Below are positions 52,224 to 62,367 of a DNA stretch of 64,000 nucleotides, one piece after another. This DNA comes from a virus: IMG/VR virus record IMGVR_UViG_3300034121_001395; one strand, written 5' to 3'. A program made the position numbers and the translations under genes. Position 1 is the stretch's first letter. Each line of letters opens with the position of its first letter. The notes beneath the pieces were generated by a model. The model ran no database searches. It saw only the letters and a program-made list of their open reading frames with translations, and was not told the origin of the DNA.

Positions 52224-52349
52224 ATGAAACACACTGGAATTAAAGTACAACAAAAGAAAATTAAGCGCAAAGGCATTCATGCTAAAAGCAAGACTTCACA
52301 TCTCAAACAAAGTAAACACTACAGGAAACTTTCACGCGGCCAAGGTTAA
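52224..52349 (+). CDS. 41-aa basic peptide, absent from the ORF track
   Basis: MKHTGIKVQQKKIKRKGIHAKSKTSHLKQSKHYRKLSRGQG; promoter TTTACA 52189 / TATAAT 52211. Confidence 0.6.
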   Translation: MKHTGIKVQQKKIKRKGIHAKSKTSHLKQSKHYRKLSRGQG

Positions 52350-52354
52350 TAAAC

Positions 52355-52702
52355 ATGAAAAAAGCATCAATAAAAGTTCTTGAAGAGTGCGCGGAACTAC
52401 AACTCAAAAAGTCTAATGACTATCAAAATCCTCATAGCAGGATTCGTCAAGCAGACTATTATCCACGCGGCGCAGCTAGTATACTTGACGTTATACACGC
52501 AAAGGTGCTACGTATGTCAAGCGTTCTTGAAGCCATGGAAAATGATCCAAATTACACTCCAAACTTTGAAAGTATTGAAGACAGCGGCAAGGATCTAATT
52601 AACTATGGCAGCTTTCTCGTTGCATGGTGTCGTGGTGGAATTGATGGTCAGGACCCGGATCGTGACTTTTTAAATCGTCGTAAAAAACAAACTGAAGCAT
52701 GA
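52355..52702 (+). CDS. Nucleotide-modification-associated domain 1 (DUF1599-like) protein
   Basis: KKSNDY, KVLR, ESIEDSGKDLINY. Confidence 0.7.
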   Translation: MKKASIKVLEECAELQLKKSNDYQNPHSRIRQADYYPRGAASILDVIHAKVLRMSSVLEAMENDPNYTPNFESIEDSGKDLINYGSFLVAWCRGGIDGQDPDRDFLNRRKKQTEA

Positions 52703-53727
52703 GAATACTAATTACTGGTTGTAATAAAGCACAATGTACATATGACTTTTATCTGCAACAACAATTGCAGGTTGCGATGTGTCAATATAGTTTGCCACGA
52801 GTGCTTCGTGATATGGGTCATACAGTTGATATGCGTCCTACTATTATTGGTGAAAGTTTAGATGAATATGATGAGGTGTTTGTGTTTTTACACAACCCGG
52901 CCGGGTTTGCCGGGTTTGTCTATAACGCACTTTGGGCAATATCACGTCATCCAAATTGTATTTTTGCTTTTGATGATTGGCAAACCGATAGTATTTTCTC
53001 TGGAATCACTTCGCTGAGCGATCCAACTAAGTTATTTAGAAAATTTGTTGTAGACAGTCATACTAATATTCCAAGTGATATTGAAACGCATGCAGATGTA
53101 TTTCTTCAAGCAATTGAAAAGATAAAGAGCAAAACAAACAGAATGTGTATGCCCGCCTTTGCTGGTGGTGACCTAAGTCTATTATTAGACTGGCCAAAAG
53201 AATTGCTATTTGGATACAACCCAAATCCATATCACTTAAATCGCCAAGCAACACCGGCTCTCTTTCCTGAGCCAAAACAGCGAGTGTTTAATTTTGCTGG
53301 ACTAGTCCAAGACAAGACTAAAAAATGGTTGGCAAAACAGGGAGTAGAATCAACAGATTGGCCTCTAAAGCAATATGGCTCTCGTAAAGATGGCCAAGAC
53401 AGAGTTGTTGAAAGCGAAATGATGAATGTCTATGCATCACAATGGGGCATACTTATGCCTGGATATTTCCACGCTGGATCTGGATGGTGGAGAGCACGAC
53501 CTCTACAAATTGCTGACGTAGAGTCAATTCTTATTGGTGAACCTAAAGAAATGATGTTGTATTATCGTGACGAGAGCCTTGCAAACATTCGAGCATCTGA
53601 CATCGCGACTCTATCAGACTCTAAATTGACTGAAATTGCTATCGCACAACGAGAAGCGATTTATCGCAATCATCCGCTCAATAAAGAAGTCACACGTCAA
53701 GAATTAAATGCAGTACTAAATGCATAA
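52699..53727 (+). CDS. Putative glycosyltransferase-like DNA-modification enzyme
   Basis: MRILITG start, LRDMGHTV, FAFDDWQ, GSGWWRAR; adjacent to gp42-like and Nmad1-like genes; fold call is tentative. Confidence 0.45.
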   Translation: MRILITGCNKAQCTYDFYLQQQLQVAMCQYSLPRVLRDMGHTVDMRPTIIGESLDEYDEVFVFLHNPAGFAGFVYNALWAISRHPNCIFAFDDWQTDSIFSGITSLSDPTKLFRKFVVDSHTNIPSDIETHADVFLQAIEKIKSKTNRMCMPAFAGGDLSLLLDWPKELLFGYNPNPYHLNRQATPALFPEPKQRVFNFAGLVQDKTKKWLAKQGVESTDWPLKQYGSRKDGQDRVVESEMMNVYASQWGILMPGYFHAGSGWWRARPLQIADVESILIGEPKEMMLYYRDESLANIRASDIATLSDSKLTEIAIAQREAIYRNHPLNKEVTRQELNAVLNA

Positions 53728-53783
53728 TTTCTTGTTTACTTTACACAAAAACAATATATAATATATCAAAGGAAAAATAAACT

Positions 53784-54848
53784 ATGTCATCTGTACTTGA
53801 AAAATTAAAAAAGAATTGCAGAATTAAAGAAGCTGATGTCCTTGCTGACAGCGACTTTTATTCTGAAAAAGACGTTACATCTACATCTGTGCCAATGGTC
53901 AACGTTGCTCTAAGTGGCAGTATTGATGGTGGTCTGACGAGTGGTCTTACTGTACTTGCCGGCCCATCAAAGCACTTTAAGACGAGCTTTGCATTGCTTA
54001 TGGCAGGTGCATACCTTAAAAAACATACTGACGCGTGCCTTATGTTTTATGACAGCGAATTTGGTTCTCCTCAGCAATACTTTGAAAGCTTTGGAATTGA
54101 CACTTCACGAGTGCTGCATATTCCAATTAAAAACATTGAAGAACTTAAGTTTGATATTGTTAATCAACTTGAGCAGATGGATCGCAAAGATAAAGTAATT
54201 ATTGTTATTGACAGTGTTGGTAATCTTGCAAGTAAGAAGGAATTGGAAGATGCGATGAATGAAAAGAGTGTTGCTGACATGACTCGCGCTAAAGCTCTTA
54301 AAGGATTGTTTCGTATGGTAACCCCCTACCTGACAATGAAAAACATTCCACTTCTTGCAATCAATCATACCTATCAGACTCAAGAAATGTTTAGCAAGGC
54401 TGTGGTGAGCGGTGGAACAGGAATTATGTATAGCGCTGACAATGTTTGGATTATTGGTCGTCAGCAAGATAAAGATGGCACTGAAATCCAAGGTTATCAC
54501 TTTATCATCAATGTTGAAAAGAGTCGATTTGTAAAAGAAAAGAGCAAGATTCCAATCAGCGTTAGTTGGGAAGGTGGAGTTCAAAAATGGAGTGGGTTGC
54601 TTGATATTGCGCTTGAAGGCGGTTTCGTAGTCAAGCCTAAAAATGGCTGGTATACTGCATACGATCCAGCGACAAAAACTGAACTTACAGGAAACCTTCG
54701 CGCAGCACAAACGCTGACAAAAGAATTTTGGGAAACCATCTTTACAAAGACAACATTTGCCTCACATATCAAACAAAAGTATACAATTGGTCTGCGAGAC
54801 ATGATTGATGGCGGCTCAGACCCAATTGTAGAAAACGAAGAAGTCTGA
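53784..54848 (+). CDS. uvsX: RecA-like recombinase
   Basis: AGPSKHFKT, FYDSEFG, DSVGNLASKKE, SGGTG. Confidence 0.97.
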   Translation: MSSVLEKLKKNCRIKEADVLADSDFYSEKDVTSTSVPMVNVALSGSIDGGLTSGLTVLAGPSKHFKTSFALLMAGAYLKKHTDACLMFYDSEFGSPQQYFESFGIDTSRVLHIPIKNIEELKFDIVNQLEQMDRKDKVIIVIDSVGNLASKKELEDAMNEKSVADMTRAKALKGLFRMVTPYLTMKNIPLLAINHTYQTQEMFSKAVVSGGTGIMYSADNVWIIGRQQDKDGTEIQGYHFIINVEKSRFVKEKSKIPISVSWEGGVQKWSGLLDIALEGGFVVKPKNGWYTAYDPATKTELTGNLRAAQTLTKEFWETIFTKTTFASHIKQKYTIGLRDMIDGGSDPIVENEEV

Positions 54849-54849
54849 T

Positions 54850-55449
54850 ATGAAGACTTTGGCGGACTATATACTTCTATTAAAAGGCGCGATGCCGCTT
54901 GATATGTGCGAGGCATTGATTGCGAGATATGATTCAATATCAAAAAATGATCCTTTAAAGGTACATCGTAAAAATAAAATCCTTGATTTTGAAGAGATTA
55001 ACATGCTTGATCATCCTGGATTTGAAGAGTTTAGGGTTCCAATGATGACGTTGATGAGAGCAGTCAATAAACACTATCTTGAAAAAACGTGTAATATTTT
55101 AAAGGATCGTTTACCGTGTTATGAACCTCTACAAGATTTTGAGGCGCCACGAATAAAACGTTATGAGCCTAGAACTGGGCTCTTTGATTGGCACACTGAT
55201 CATTGTGATGTTCCATCAAGTAAACGTGCAGTTGTAATGTTTTGGTATCTTAACGACGTTGCAAAAGGGGGTGAAACGTTATTTGATATTGGCACAGAAA
55301 TTGCAATAAAACCTGAAGCTGGTAATGTGCTCTGTTTTCCACCTTATTATATGTATCCACATAAGGGTGCAACTCCAATCTCTAACCCAAAGTATGTAAT
55401 TTCATCATATGTCTGGCTTCCACAGAAGTATGGAAATTCTTGCGATTAA
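54850..55449 (+). CDS. 2OG-Fe(II) oxygenase (prolyl-4-hydroxylase-like)
   Basis: WHTD, WYLNDV..GGET, FPP...HKG, KY. Confidence 0.85.
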   Translation: MKTLADYILLLKGAMPLDMCEALIARYDSISKNDPLKVHRKNKILDFEEINMLDHPGFEEFRVPMMTLMRAVNKHYLEKTCNILKDRLPCYEPLQDFEAPRIKRYEPRTGLFDWHTDHCDVPSSKRAVVMFWYLNDVAKGGETLFDIGTEIAIKPEAGNVLCFPPYYMYPHKGATPISNPKYVISSYVWLPQKYGNSCD

Positions 55450-55454
55450 AATTT

Positions 55455-55757
55455 ATGCCGAGCGAAATATCTGACTATATATTTGTAGATGACCCTGCAA
55501 ATGACAAAGTGTATGCAATACGACTTGTTAGTGGGCCGTATGTAGATACCATCTATAAGTATGCAAATATAAAAATAAATGAAGACACAGAAAAAGAAAT
55601 GTGTACATTATCGTATGCGTATAATATAATGTCTACTCCAACTGGATGCGATAAAGAAACATTGCATTCTGATGCAGATTTTAAAAACTATATCGGAGAC
55701 GTATTATCTGATATACTTTCAAACCAAGAATATAAAATAGGAAACCATGGAGAATAA
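55455..55757 (+). CDS. Hypothetical protein in the T4 gp40 position
   Basis: Lies before gp41; FKNYIGDVL motif. Confidence 0.5.
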   Translation: MPSEISDYIFVDDPANDKVYAIRLVSGPYVDTIYKYANIKINEDTEKEMCTLSYAYNIMSTPTGCDKETLHSDADFKNYIGDVLSDILSNQEYKIGNHGE

Positions 55758-57135
55758 TCTTCAAGACATCATAATTAAAAATCTAGTCAATAACGAAGCA
55801 TTTTGTCGTAAAACCCTACCACACCTAAAACCAGAATATTTTGAAGGACATCATAAGGCGATATATGGTCTTATATTGCAGTTTATAACAAAGTATAATA
55901 AACTCCCAAATTCATCATCGTTAGCAATTGAATTTCAACAGTCCGAACATACTCGTCGTACAGACGCAGGCGCAATTGCACAATCAATCTCAACGTTAAA
56001 TGAAAATTTTTCAGTTGAGCATGAATGGTTACTTGTTCAAACTGAAAAGTGGTGTAAAGATCGAGCAGTTCATCTTGCTATTATTGAAGCAGTTTCTATT
56101 ATTGATGGCAAGTCTCCTGACAAAGCAGAAGGAGCAATTCCAAGTATACTTAGTAAGGCGCTAAGCGTAACATTTGATACAAACGTTGGGCATGATTATC
56201 TTGAAAACGTAGATGGTCGCTATGAGTTTTATCACAAGACAGAAGATAAAATTCCCTTTGACTTGGATATGTTTAATACAATTACTGGCGGAGGCATTCC
56301 ACGTAAGACGCTAAACATTATTCTCGCTGGTACAGGTTGCGGCAAGAGTTTAGGAATGTGTCATATGGCTGCTGCTGCTCTTGCCCAAGGGCGAAATGTC
56401 TTGTATATTACTCTTGAAATGGCAGAAGAGCGTATTGCAGAACGTATCGATGCTAATTTGCTTGATATACGAATTGATAAAATCAAAGACCTGTCTCAAC
56501 GCGAATTTTATTCTCGCGTAGAGGACATCTCTAAACGCACTCATGGAAAACTTATTGTGAAGGAATATCCAACTGCAGCGGCACATGTTGGTCACTTTAG
56601 AGCACTGCTGCTCGAATTAAAACTTAAAAAGAAGTTTGAACCCGATATCATATATGTAGATTATCTTAATATTTGTGCGTCTTCACGTGTTAAAGGATTA
56701 AGTGGTAGCATCAACACCTATAGTTTTATCAAAAGTATTGCTGAGGAGCTTCGTGGTCTTGCTGTAGAGTTTAATGTCCCAATCTGGAGTGCCACTCAGG
56801 TGACTCGCGGAGGATTTAATAATTCAGATGTTGAAATTACTGACACCTCTGAATCTTTTGGCTTGCCTGCTACCGCTGACCTCATGATTGCATTTATTCG
56901 AACTGAACAACTTGACAAAATGAATCAGATTATGGTTAAGCAACTCAAGAATCGTTATAATGATCCAACAAGCAATAAACGATTTACTATTGGAATTGAT
57001 CTTTCCAAGATGAGACTATATGATATTTCAGATCCTATGGCAAATATTACCAATGATGGTGATAGTTCTCCAGTAGTAAGCACTCCATTTAATAGTCAAC
57101 GAAAAAATAGAGATTATAGTGACATAAAGGTGTAA
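55747..57135 (+). CDS. gp41: Replicative DNA helicase
   Basis: AGTGCGKS, ITLEMAEE, VKEYPT, VDYLNI, SESFGLPATAD, KQLKNRY. Confidence 0.97.
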   Translation: MENNLQDIIIKNLVNNEAFCRKTLPHLKPEYFEGHHKAIYGLILQFITKYNKLPNSSSLAIEFQQSEHTRRTDAGAIAQSISTLNENFSVEHEWLLVQTEKWCKDRAVHLAIIEAVSIIDGKSPDKAEGAIPSILSKALSVTFDTNVGHDYLENVDGRYEFYHKTEDKIPFDLDMFNTITGGGIPRKTLNIILAGTGCGKSLGMCHMAAAALAQGRNVLYITLEMAEERIAERIDANLLDIRIDKIKDLSQREFYSRVEDISKRTHGKLIVKEYPTAAAHVGHFRALLLELKLKKKFEPDIIYVDYLNICASSRVKGLSGSINTYSFIKSIAEELRGLAVEFNVPIWSATQVTRGGFNNSDVEITDTSESFGLPATADLMIAFIRTEQLDKMNQIMVKQLKNRYNDPTSNKRFTIGIDLSKMRLYDISDPMANITNDGDSSPVVSTPFNSQRKNRDYSDIKV

Positions 57136-57173
57136 TTTTATAAATAATACAAATATTATTATAAATAGCTTAT

Positions 57174-58706
57174 ATGTCAAAACTAACCGAATTTAAACGT
57201 TACCTAACAGAGGCGCTCTCTACATCATCTGTAGAAAAAGCTGCATTCATTATTCAACGCTACCTTAAGAAAAAGACTGGTACTACATTTTTTAAATATC
57301 CTGGATTAGAAAAATACAAGAATCCTAATGGCACTGGTTTTGGACTACGTCTCTATACTACAAAGCGCAACCAAAGTATTCGTTTTAACTGGACTCAAAG
57401 CTCGCTTGCTGGTTTAAATAACTTAACATCTATTGATTACTGGAATGGTAAGAGCCCAACTCCATTTCATATTGAATTTGATCAGAGTGTCTCTCTTGTA
57501 AAGACATTGCCAATTGTTGCTGATATTATAATTGCAGGCACTGTTGAACTTGGCAAGATTATGTCTATGCCTGACGAGGTGCCACTCTATGAAGGAGTGC
57601 TAAATGAAGCACGTAGCAGTCATGACTTTGAAGCTATTTTTGATGAGATTGCTGACTATCTTGTTGACCCAAACTTTGTAAAAAGTAAGATTTACAGCAT
57701 GTACGGCATTCCTGGAGTCAAGATTTTTGACGCTCTTTCGGCAGCATATCCAAACTATATTGAAAAGCAAGGCATCAAGTATGTTTGGGTCGGCAAGGCA
57801 AAAGACTTAAAGCAAATCAAAGCTGAAAAGGGAAAGATTATGGCTCGTATTGGAGTCGTGGCCGGTGTCGTTTCTAAAGGTGCTGCTAAAGAAAAATACA
57901 GTTATTCTCCGGAAGTAGAACAAATTGAAGCAGATCGTGAGCGCCTATCATTTGAAGCTCAGCTAAAAGATCTTGAAAATCTCGTTAAACTTACAGTGAG
58001 TGGCGCATCAAATGCGCTCTTTGTTTCTGGTAAGGGTGGAGTTGGTAAAACCCATACAACTGAAAAGATACTTGCTGATATGGGACTGCGCGATGGCAAT
58101 GGTTATTTTAAAAATACCGGTTCCGCAAGTGCTGCTGGTCTCTATTCATTGTTGTTCCGTTACAAAAATGATATTGTTTTCTTTGATGATAGCGACGACG
58201 CACTTGGCGATCAGGAAGCTCGTAACCTATTAAAGGCTGCTACTGACACCAAAAAGATTCGTAAACTTGTTTGGAATAAAATGGGTAAAAATGTTGTCGA
58301 TCCTGAAAACGACATGAGTGATGACGAAATTATTGACCAAGGATTGATTCCTCGTTACTTTGAATTTACTGGTAAAATTATCTTTATCTCAAACCTTAAC
58401 CTTGACAAACTTGATCCAGATGGTGCACTACGTACACGTGCTTTTATCATCAACATCGATCCTACTGAAGTTGAAATCTATGACTTTATGGAAAAGATTG
58501 TAGGAGATATGAAGCTTGAAGACGGTCTTTCACTTGATCAAAAAGCTCGTTTGCATGTTGTTGATTTGCTTCGTAAGGGTAAGAGCAGACAAAGCGCCAA
58601 CCTTCGCAAACTCTCACGTGGCTTGAATATGGCTGCAGGAGCACTTGCTGCCGGTGTTGAAGTTTCCGACGGCGATCTTGCTCGTATGATTGAGTCTTAC
58701 GCATAA
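57174..58706 (+). CDS. Late P-loop/AAA-like ATPase with an N-terminal extension
   Basis: GKGGVGKT, FFDDSD, NLLKAA, FISN; tandem late promoters at 57139 and 57160. Confidence 0.75.
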   Translation: MSKLTEFKRYLTEALSTSSVEKAAFIIQRYLKKKTGTTFFKYPGLEKYKNPNGTGFGLRLYTTKRNQSIRFNWTQSSLAGLNNLTSIDYWNGKSPTPFHIEFDQSVSLVKTLPIVADIIIAGTVELGKIMSMPDEVPLYEGVLNEARSSHDFEAIFDEIADYLVDPNFVKSKIYSMYGIPGVKIFDALSAAYPNYIEKQGIKYVWVGKAKDLKQIKAEKGKIMARIGVVAGVVSKGAAKEKYSYSPEVEQIEADRERLSFEAQLKDLENLVKLTVSGASNALFVSGKGGVGKTHTTEKILADMGLRDGNGYFKNTGSASAAGLYSLLFRYKNDIVFFDDSDDALGDQEARNLLKAATDTKKIRKLVWNKMGKNVVDPENDMSDDEIIDQGLIPRYFEFTGKIIFISNLNLDKLDPDGALRTRAFIINIDPTEVEIYDFMEKIVGDMKLEDGLSLDQKARLHVVDLLRKGKSRQSANLRKLSRGLNMAAGALAAGVEVSDGDLARMIESYA

Positions 58707-58725
58707 TCGTTTAGCATATACAATT

Positions 58726-58762
58726 AAAAAAACGGGGTCTTCTATGAGGATCCCGTTTTTTT
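58726..58762 (+). terminator. Rho-independent terminator, possibly bidirectional
   Basis: A tract, 11-bp stem ACGGGGTCTTC/GAGGATCCCGT with G-U pairs, T tract. Confidence 0.85.
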
Positions 58763-58777
58763 ATAAGTAGTTTTAGA

Positions 58778-59242
58778 ATGATAAGTATCAAGGTACATGG
58801 CGCCAGACGTGACCGCCGCCTTTACAATCTTATAAAAAATGCTGCATATTTTTATCTAAAAACACTGTGTCCACGCATTCGAAAGATACGCATAGTAATT
58901 CAACTTATTGATAATTTGTCAGAATCTGAACGTGTGCATGGTGACTGTTGTCAATGTGGAGTCGATGAACCAGACATTGACTATATTGTAAGACTCAATA
59001 AAAGTGATTCATATCATCTTATATTAACGATACTAGCACATGAAATGGTTCATCTTAAGCAGTATGTTCGAAGAGAGCTTGTCCTTTATAGCGGCGACAA
59101 CGAAGGTGCCCGATGGAAAGGAGTCTACTGTTCAGAATATGACTATGACTCTGCTCCGTGGGAAAAGGAAGCGGATGAATACGAACTTGAACTCTATATG
59201 GCATTTTTTGAAAACTGTTCATTGTTGAAAGAGTATAAATAG
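58778..59242 (+). CDS. SprT-like zinc metallopeptidase
   Basis: LAHEMVHLKQY, PWEKEA. Confidence 0.75.
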   Translation: MISIKVHGARRDRRLYNLIKNAAYFYLKTLCPRIRKIRIVIQLIDNLSESERVHGDCCQCGVDEPDIDYIVRLNKSDSYHLILTILAHEMVHLKQYVRRELVLYSGDNEGARWKGVYCSEYDYDSAPWEKEADEYELELYMAFFENCSLLKEYK

Positions 59243-59258
59243 TTAACAGACACAAAGC

Positions 59259-60197
59259 ATGAAAAGTTTTAAACAATATATTTATGAAATTGAATCTATG
59301 ATGACCTACGATAACTTAGTAAATATTTTAATTTCATTAGGGTATGACAAAATTAAAAAAATATCTGGAAATAAAATTGCAGTTCTTGTTAATGATAACC
59401 GAGTAACAACTCTTGAAAAAATTAATAAGAATATTAAAGGATCAATATACGATAGAAATCCTAGTTCTGAAAGTAGTGTAGGACGTGTTAACATATCAGG
59501 CTTTTCTATTCTAGCTAAACCAGCTTCTAAACAGGGAAGCGCCAGTGCTGGTGTAGAAAACGAACAAATTATTGTCGACACGATCAATAAAAGAACAAAA
59601 ACTGGTCCAATTAATGTAATTTTTAAAGCAAAGAATAAAAAATTCACTGTTTTAAATTGTGTTAAAGCCATTCAAGTTGGAGGAGATACTGCTGGAAGAA
59701 AAAAGGCAGATATTGTATTAATTAATTCAAAAAATAAGAGATATCCAATTTCAATTAAAAAGGATAATGCCGAAACATGGGAAAGCGCAGATAGTTATTT
59801 TGGTCCTACTGCATTAAAAATAATCAAAAAGGCAATAAAAGACAAAAAAACTAAACTTGTCAGCGAAGGCAGTTATTTTAAAATAGAACCTAACATTGCA
59901 GTTGAAGCCACACAAGCAGAAAAACAAGCCGTTGTTTTTGGTTCAGATTTAGAAAATGGCGGAGCGGTTGTCACAAAAACATTTGGTAGTTCGTCATTTT
60001 CTGATGACGGCGATACTTTAGTTGTTGATTGCTCTCACATAATTACATCTTTAAGTGATGTTAAAGGAGACAAGGACGTATATTTTCTTATAAGAAATGA
60101 TAAGACTCGTAAATCATTAAAGGAATATCCTGGCATTAGAATATTAGCTGTCTATACAAAGAGAATAAACCAAAACGTAGTAGTCGTTAAACGTTAA
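59259..60197 (+). CDS. Putative PD-(D/E)XK-fold nuclease-like protein
   Basis: ENE helix, KADIVL...PISIKK pattern. Confidence 0.5.
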   Translation: MKSFKQYIYEIESMMTYDNLVNILISLGYDKIKKISGNKIAVLVNDNRVTTLEKINKNIKGSIYDRNPSSESSVGRVNISGFSILAKPASKQGSASAGVENEQIIVDTINKRTKTGPINVIFKAKNKKFTVLNCVKAIQVGGDTAGRKKADIVLINSKNKRYPISIKKDNAETWESADSYFGPTALKIIKKAIKDKKTKLVSEGSYFKIEPNIAVEATQAEKQAVVFGSDLENGGAVVTKTFGSSSFSDDGDTLVVDCSHIITSLSDVKGDKDVYFLIRNDKTRKSLKEYPGIRILAVYTKRINQNVVVVKR

Positions 60198-60205
60198 TTT
60201 ATTTT

Positions 60206-61444
60206 ATGATTACTTTTAAACAATACATAACAGAAGCAAGTACGGAAGGTAAAAATCTTCATATGGTTCATATTGAGGATCAAGTGCTCTATGGCGGTGT
60301 AAAGGGCGCTCGTGAAGCAATCATTGCATTACGCAGTATGAGAGACATGTTAGCTGGAAACAGTCCACAATCATATGATGTTGCTGCAAAGTTTGACGGT
60401 GCTCCAGCAATATTTGTTGGAACTGATCCATCAGACGGAGCATTTTTTGTTGCCAAGAAAGGCATCTTTAATAAAAATCCAAAAGTCTATAAGAGTGAGC
60501 GTGATATTAAGGCTGATACAAGTGGCGACCTTGCAGAAAAATTAACTGTAGCATTTAATGAATTTAAAAAACTAGGCATTAAAGGAGTATTGCAAGGAGA
60601 TCTTGCCTATACACAAAAAGATTTAAAGACAGAACGTTTTGACGGTGTTGAATATCTTACATTTCAACCAAACACAATTGTCTATGCAATTCCTGCTGAC
60701 AGCACTCTTGCAAAAACTATAAAGGCATCTAAGATTGGTGTAATGTTTCATACACAATACTCTGGAGACTCTTTTGAAACGATGAAGGCATCATATGGCT
60801 TTGATTCAGGCACTCTTAAAAAGACGTCTGGTGTATGGTTTTCAGACACATACATACGTGACCTGTCTGGCAAGGCTACGCTCACTGCCGCAGAAACCGA
60901 TCAGTTAACGGCTAAACTTTCTGAGGCTGGACGTATTTTCCAAAAGATATCGGGCAGCACACTTCGTCAAATTGAAGCAGACCCAACTCTTGCTCAAACA
61001 CTCGAGACATTCAATAATACATTCGTTCGTCGTGGAGAAGTTGTCACAAATACCACTCAACACGTGCAACGACTGGTAGATTGGGTGAGTGACCGGTTTC
61101 AAAAAGACATTGAATCTAAAAAGAGCGAAAAGGGAAAGCTCGCTGCAACTGGAAAGCGCGATGAGTTTATGTCATTCTTTTCTGATTCAAACAAAGCAAA
61201 CTTAGACCTCATCTATCAACTACAAAATGCACTCATTGATGCCAAGCTTATTATTATACGCAAACTTGACACTCTTAAAAAGATGAAGACATTTGTGCGC
61301 ACTTCAAGTGGCTTTCAAGTGACTCCACAAGAAGGCTTTGCTATCAATGACAGAATCAAACATAATGTCGTTAAGCTTGTCGACCGCATGACCTTCTCTA
61401 AGAATAATTTTGATCCCGCGATATTAAAGGGGTGGTCACATTAG
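60206..61444 (+). CDS. DUF6267-like protein with a ligase-type KxDG motif
   Basis: KNLHMVHIED, AKFDGAPAIF, LQGD, FQPNTIVY, EGF, VKLVDRMTFSKNNF. Confidence 0.7.
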   Translation: MITFKQYITEASTEGKNLHMVHIEDQVLYGGVKGAREAIIALRSMRDMLAGNSPQSYDVAAKFDGAPAIFVGTDPSDGAFFVAKKGIFNKNPKVYKSERDIKADTSGDLAEKLTVAFNEFKKLGIKGVLQGDLAYTQKDLKTERFDGVEYLTFQPNTIVYAIPADSTLAKTIKASKIGVMFHTQYSGDSFETMKASYGFDSGTLKKTSGVWFSDTYIRDLSGKATLTAAETDQLTAKLSEAGRIFQKISGSTLRQIEADPTLAQTLETFNNTFVRRGEVVTNTTQHVQRLVDWVSDRFQKDIESKKSEKGKLAATGKRDEFMSFFSDSNKANLDLIYQLQNALIDAKLIIIRKLDTLKKMKTFVRTSSGFQVTPQEGFAINDRIKHNVVKLVDRMTFSKNNFDPAILKGWSH

Positions 61445-61473
61445 TGTAAAAGTTGTTTTTTATAAATAACTTT

Positions 61474-62364
61474 ATGCCACACTTATATGAAATACATTTA
61501 TTAGATCGAAAGGAATCTGGATTGTTACCATGGAAATATAGTGGATCTTCATATAATGATGAACCTTTTTATTTTGGTTCATCGTGTCATCCAGACTACA
61601 AAAATCATTTTAATATTTCATCAAATTTAAAAAAAGTTAAAAAAATTATTATTAAACAGTATAGTAAAACTGATATAAGCCCAATAGAATTGCGAATTAA
61701 AGAATCACAATGGCAAAAGAATAATAATCATAAATATGATGACGAATATTATAATTTATCTGATTCTATTCACCCGGTAGCAGATAATCAAATTTCTAAA
61801 GAGAAAATATCTAATACATTAAAACGAAAGGGAATAACGCCATATTCATCTAAAACTCATTCACATGAAGCGCTGTCTAAAGCAAAGGCAACAAAAGAAT
61901 TAAAGGGATTCAAGTGGTATTATTGTCCGCAAACGTTAGAATCAAAAATGTTTGCAGTTAAAATAGGAGATGTTCCTCCTATATCATGGTTACCTGGAAA
62001 AAAACCAAAAACAAAATATAATAAGAAACCACTAGGCCAACGTTGGGAAGTGTATAAAAATGGAAATAAAATTTGGGAAGGTCAAAACCTTAAAAAGTGG
62101 TCAATAGAAAATTCTTTAATTGGATTACCATATAATATACACTTATATAAAAAGAGAGAAATAGCTTCAACTCATATTATTTCTAGATCAAAAGTCACAA
62201 ATACTATAATTTTTGATGGTCATGATACTGGATTACTTCAATACCAATTTTCAATATTACATGAGTGTTCGTCATCATATATTTCTACAATTATAAATGG
62301 AACTGGCATATTTTATAAGTATTGTATAGCAGAATATAATGCTATAAAAATTAAAGAGAGGTAA
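61474..62364 (+). CDS. Degenerate GIY-YIG (Seg-like) homing endonuclease
   Basis: HLYEI...KYSGSS, YFGSS, YYNLS; very AT-rich; late promoter at 61461. Confidence 0.65.
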   Translation: MPHLYEIHLLDRKESGLLPWKYSGSSYNDEPFYFGSSCHPDYKNHFNISSNLKKVKKIIIKQYSKTDISPIELRIKESQWQKNNNHKYDDEYYNLSDSIHPVADNQISKEKISNTLKRKGITPYSSKTHSHEALSKAKATKELKGFKWYYCPQTLESKMFAVKIGDVPPISWLPGKKPKTKYNKKPLGQRWEVYKNGNKIWEGQNLKKWSIENSLIGLPYNIHLYKKREIASTHIISRSKVTNTIIFDGHDTGLLQYQFSILHECSSSYISTIINGTGIFYKYCIAEYNAIKIKER

Positions 62365-62367
62365 GCG

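Noticed and set aside
52894-52918. Palindrome AACCCGGCCGGGTT and 9-bp duplication inside the transferase-like gene
   Set aside because: Explained by the coding sequence NPAGFAGF; a single short instance with no regulatory context.
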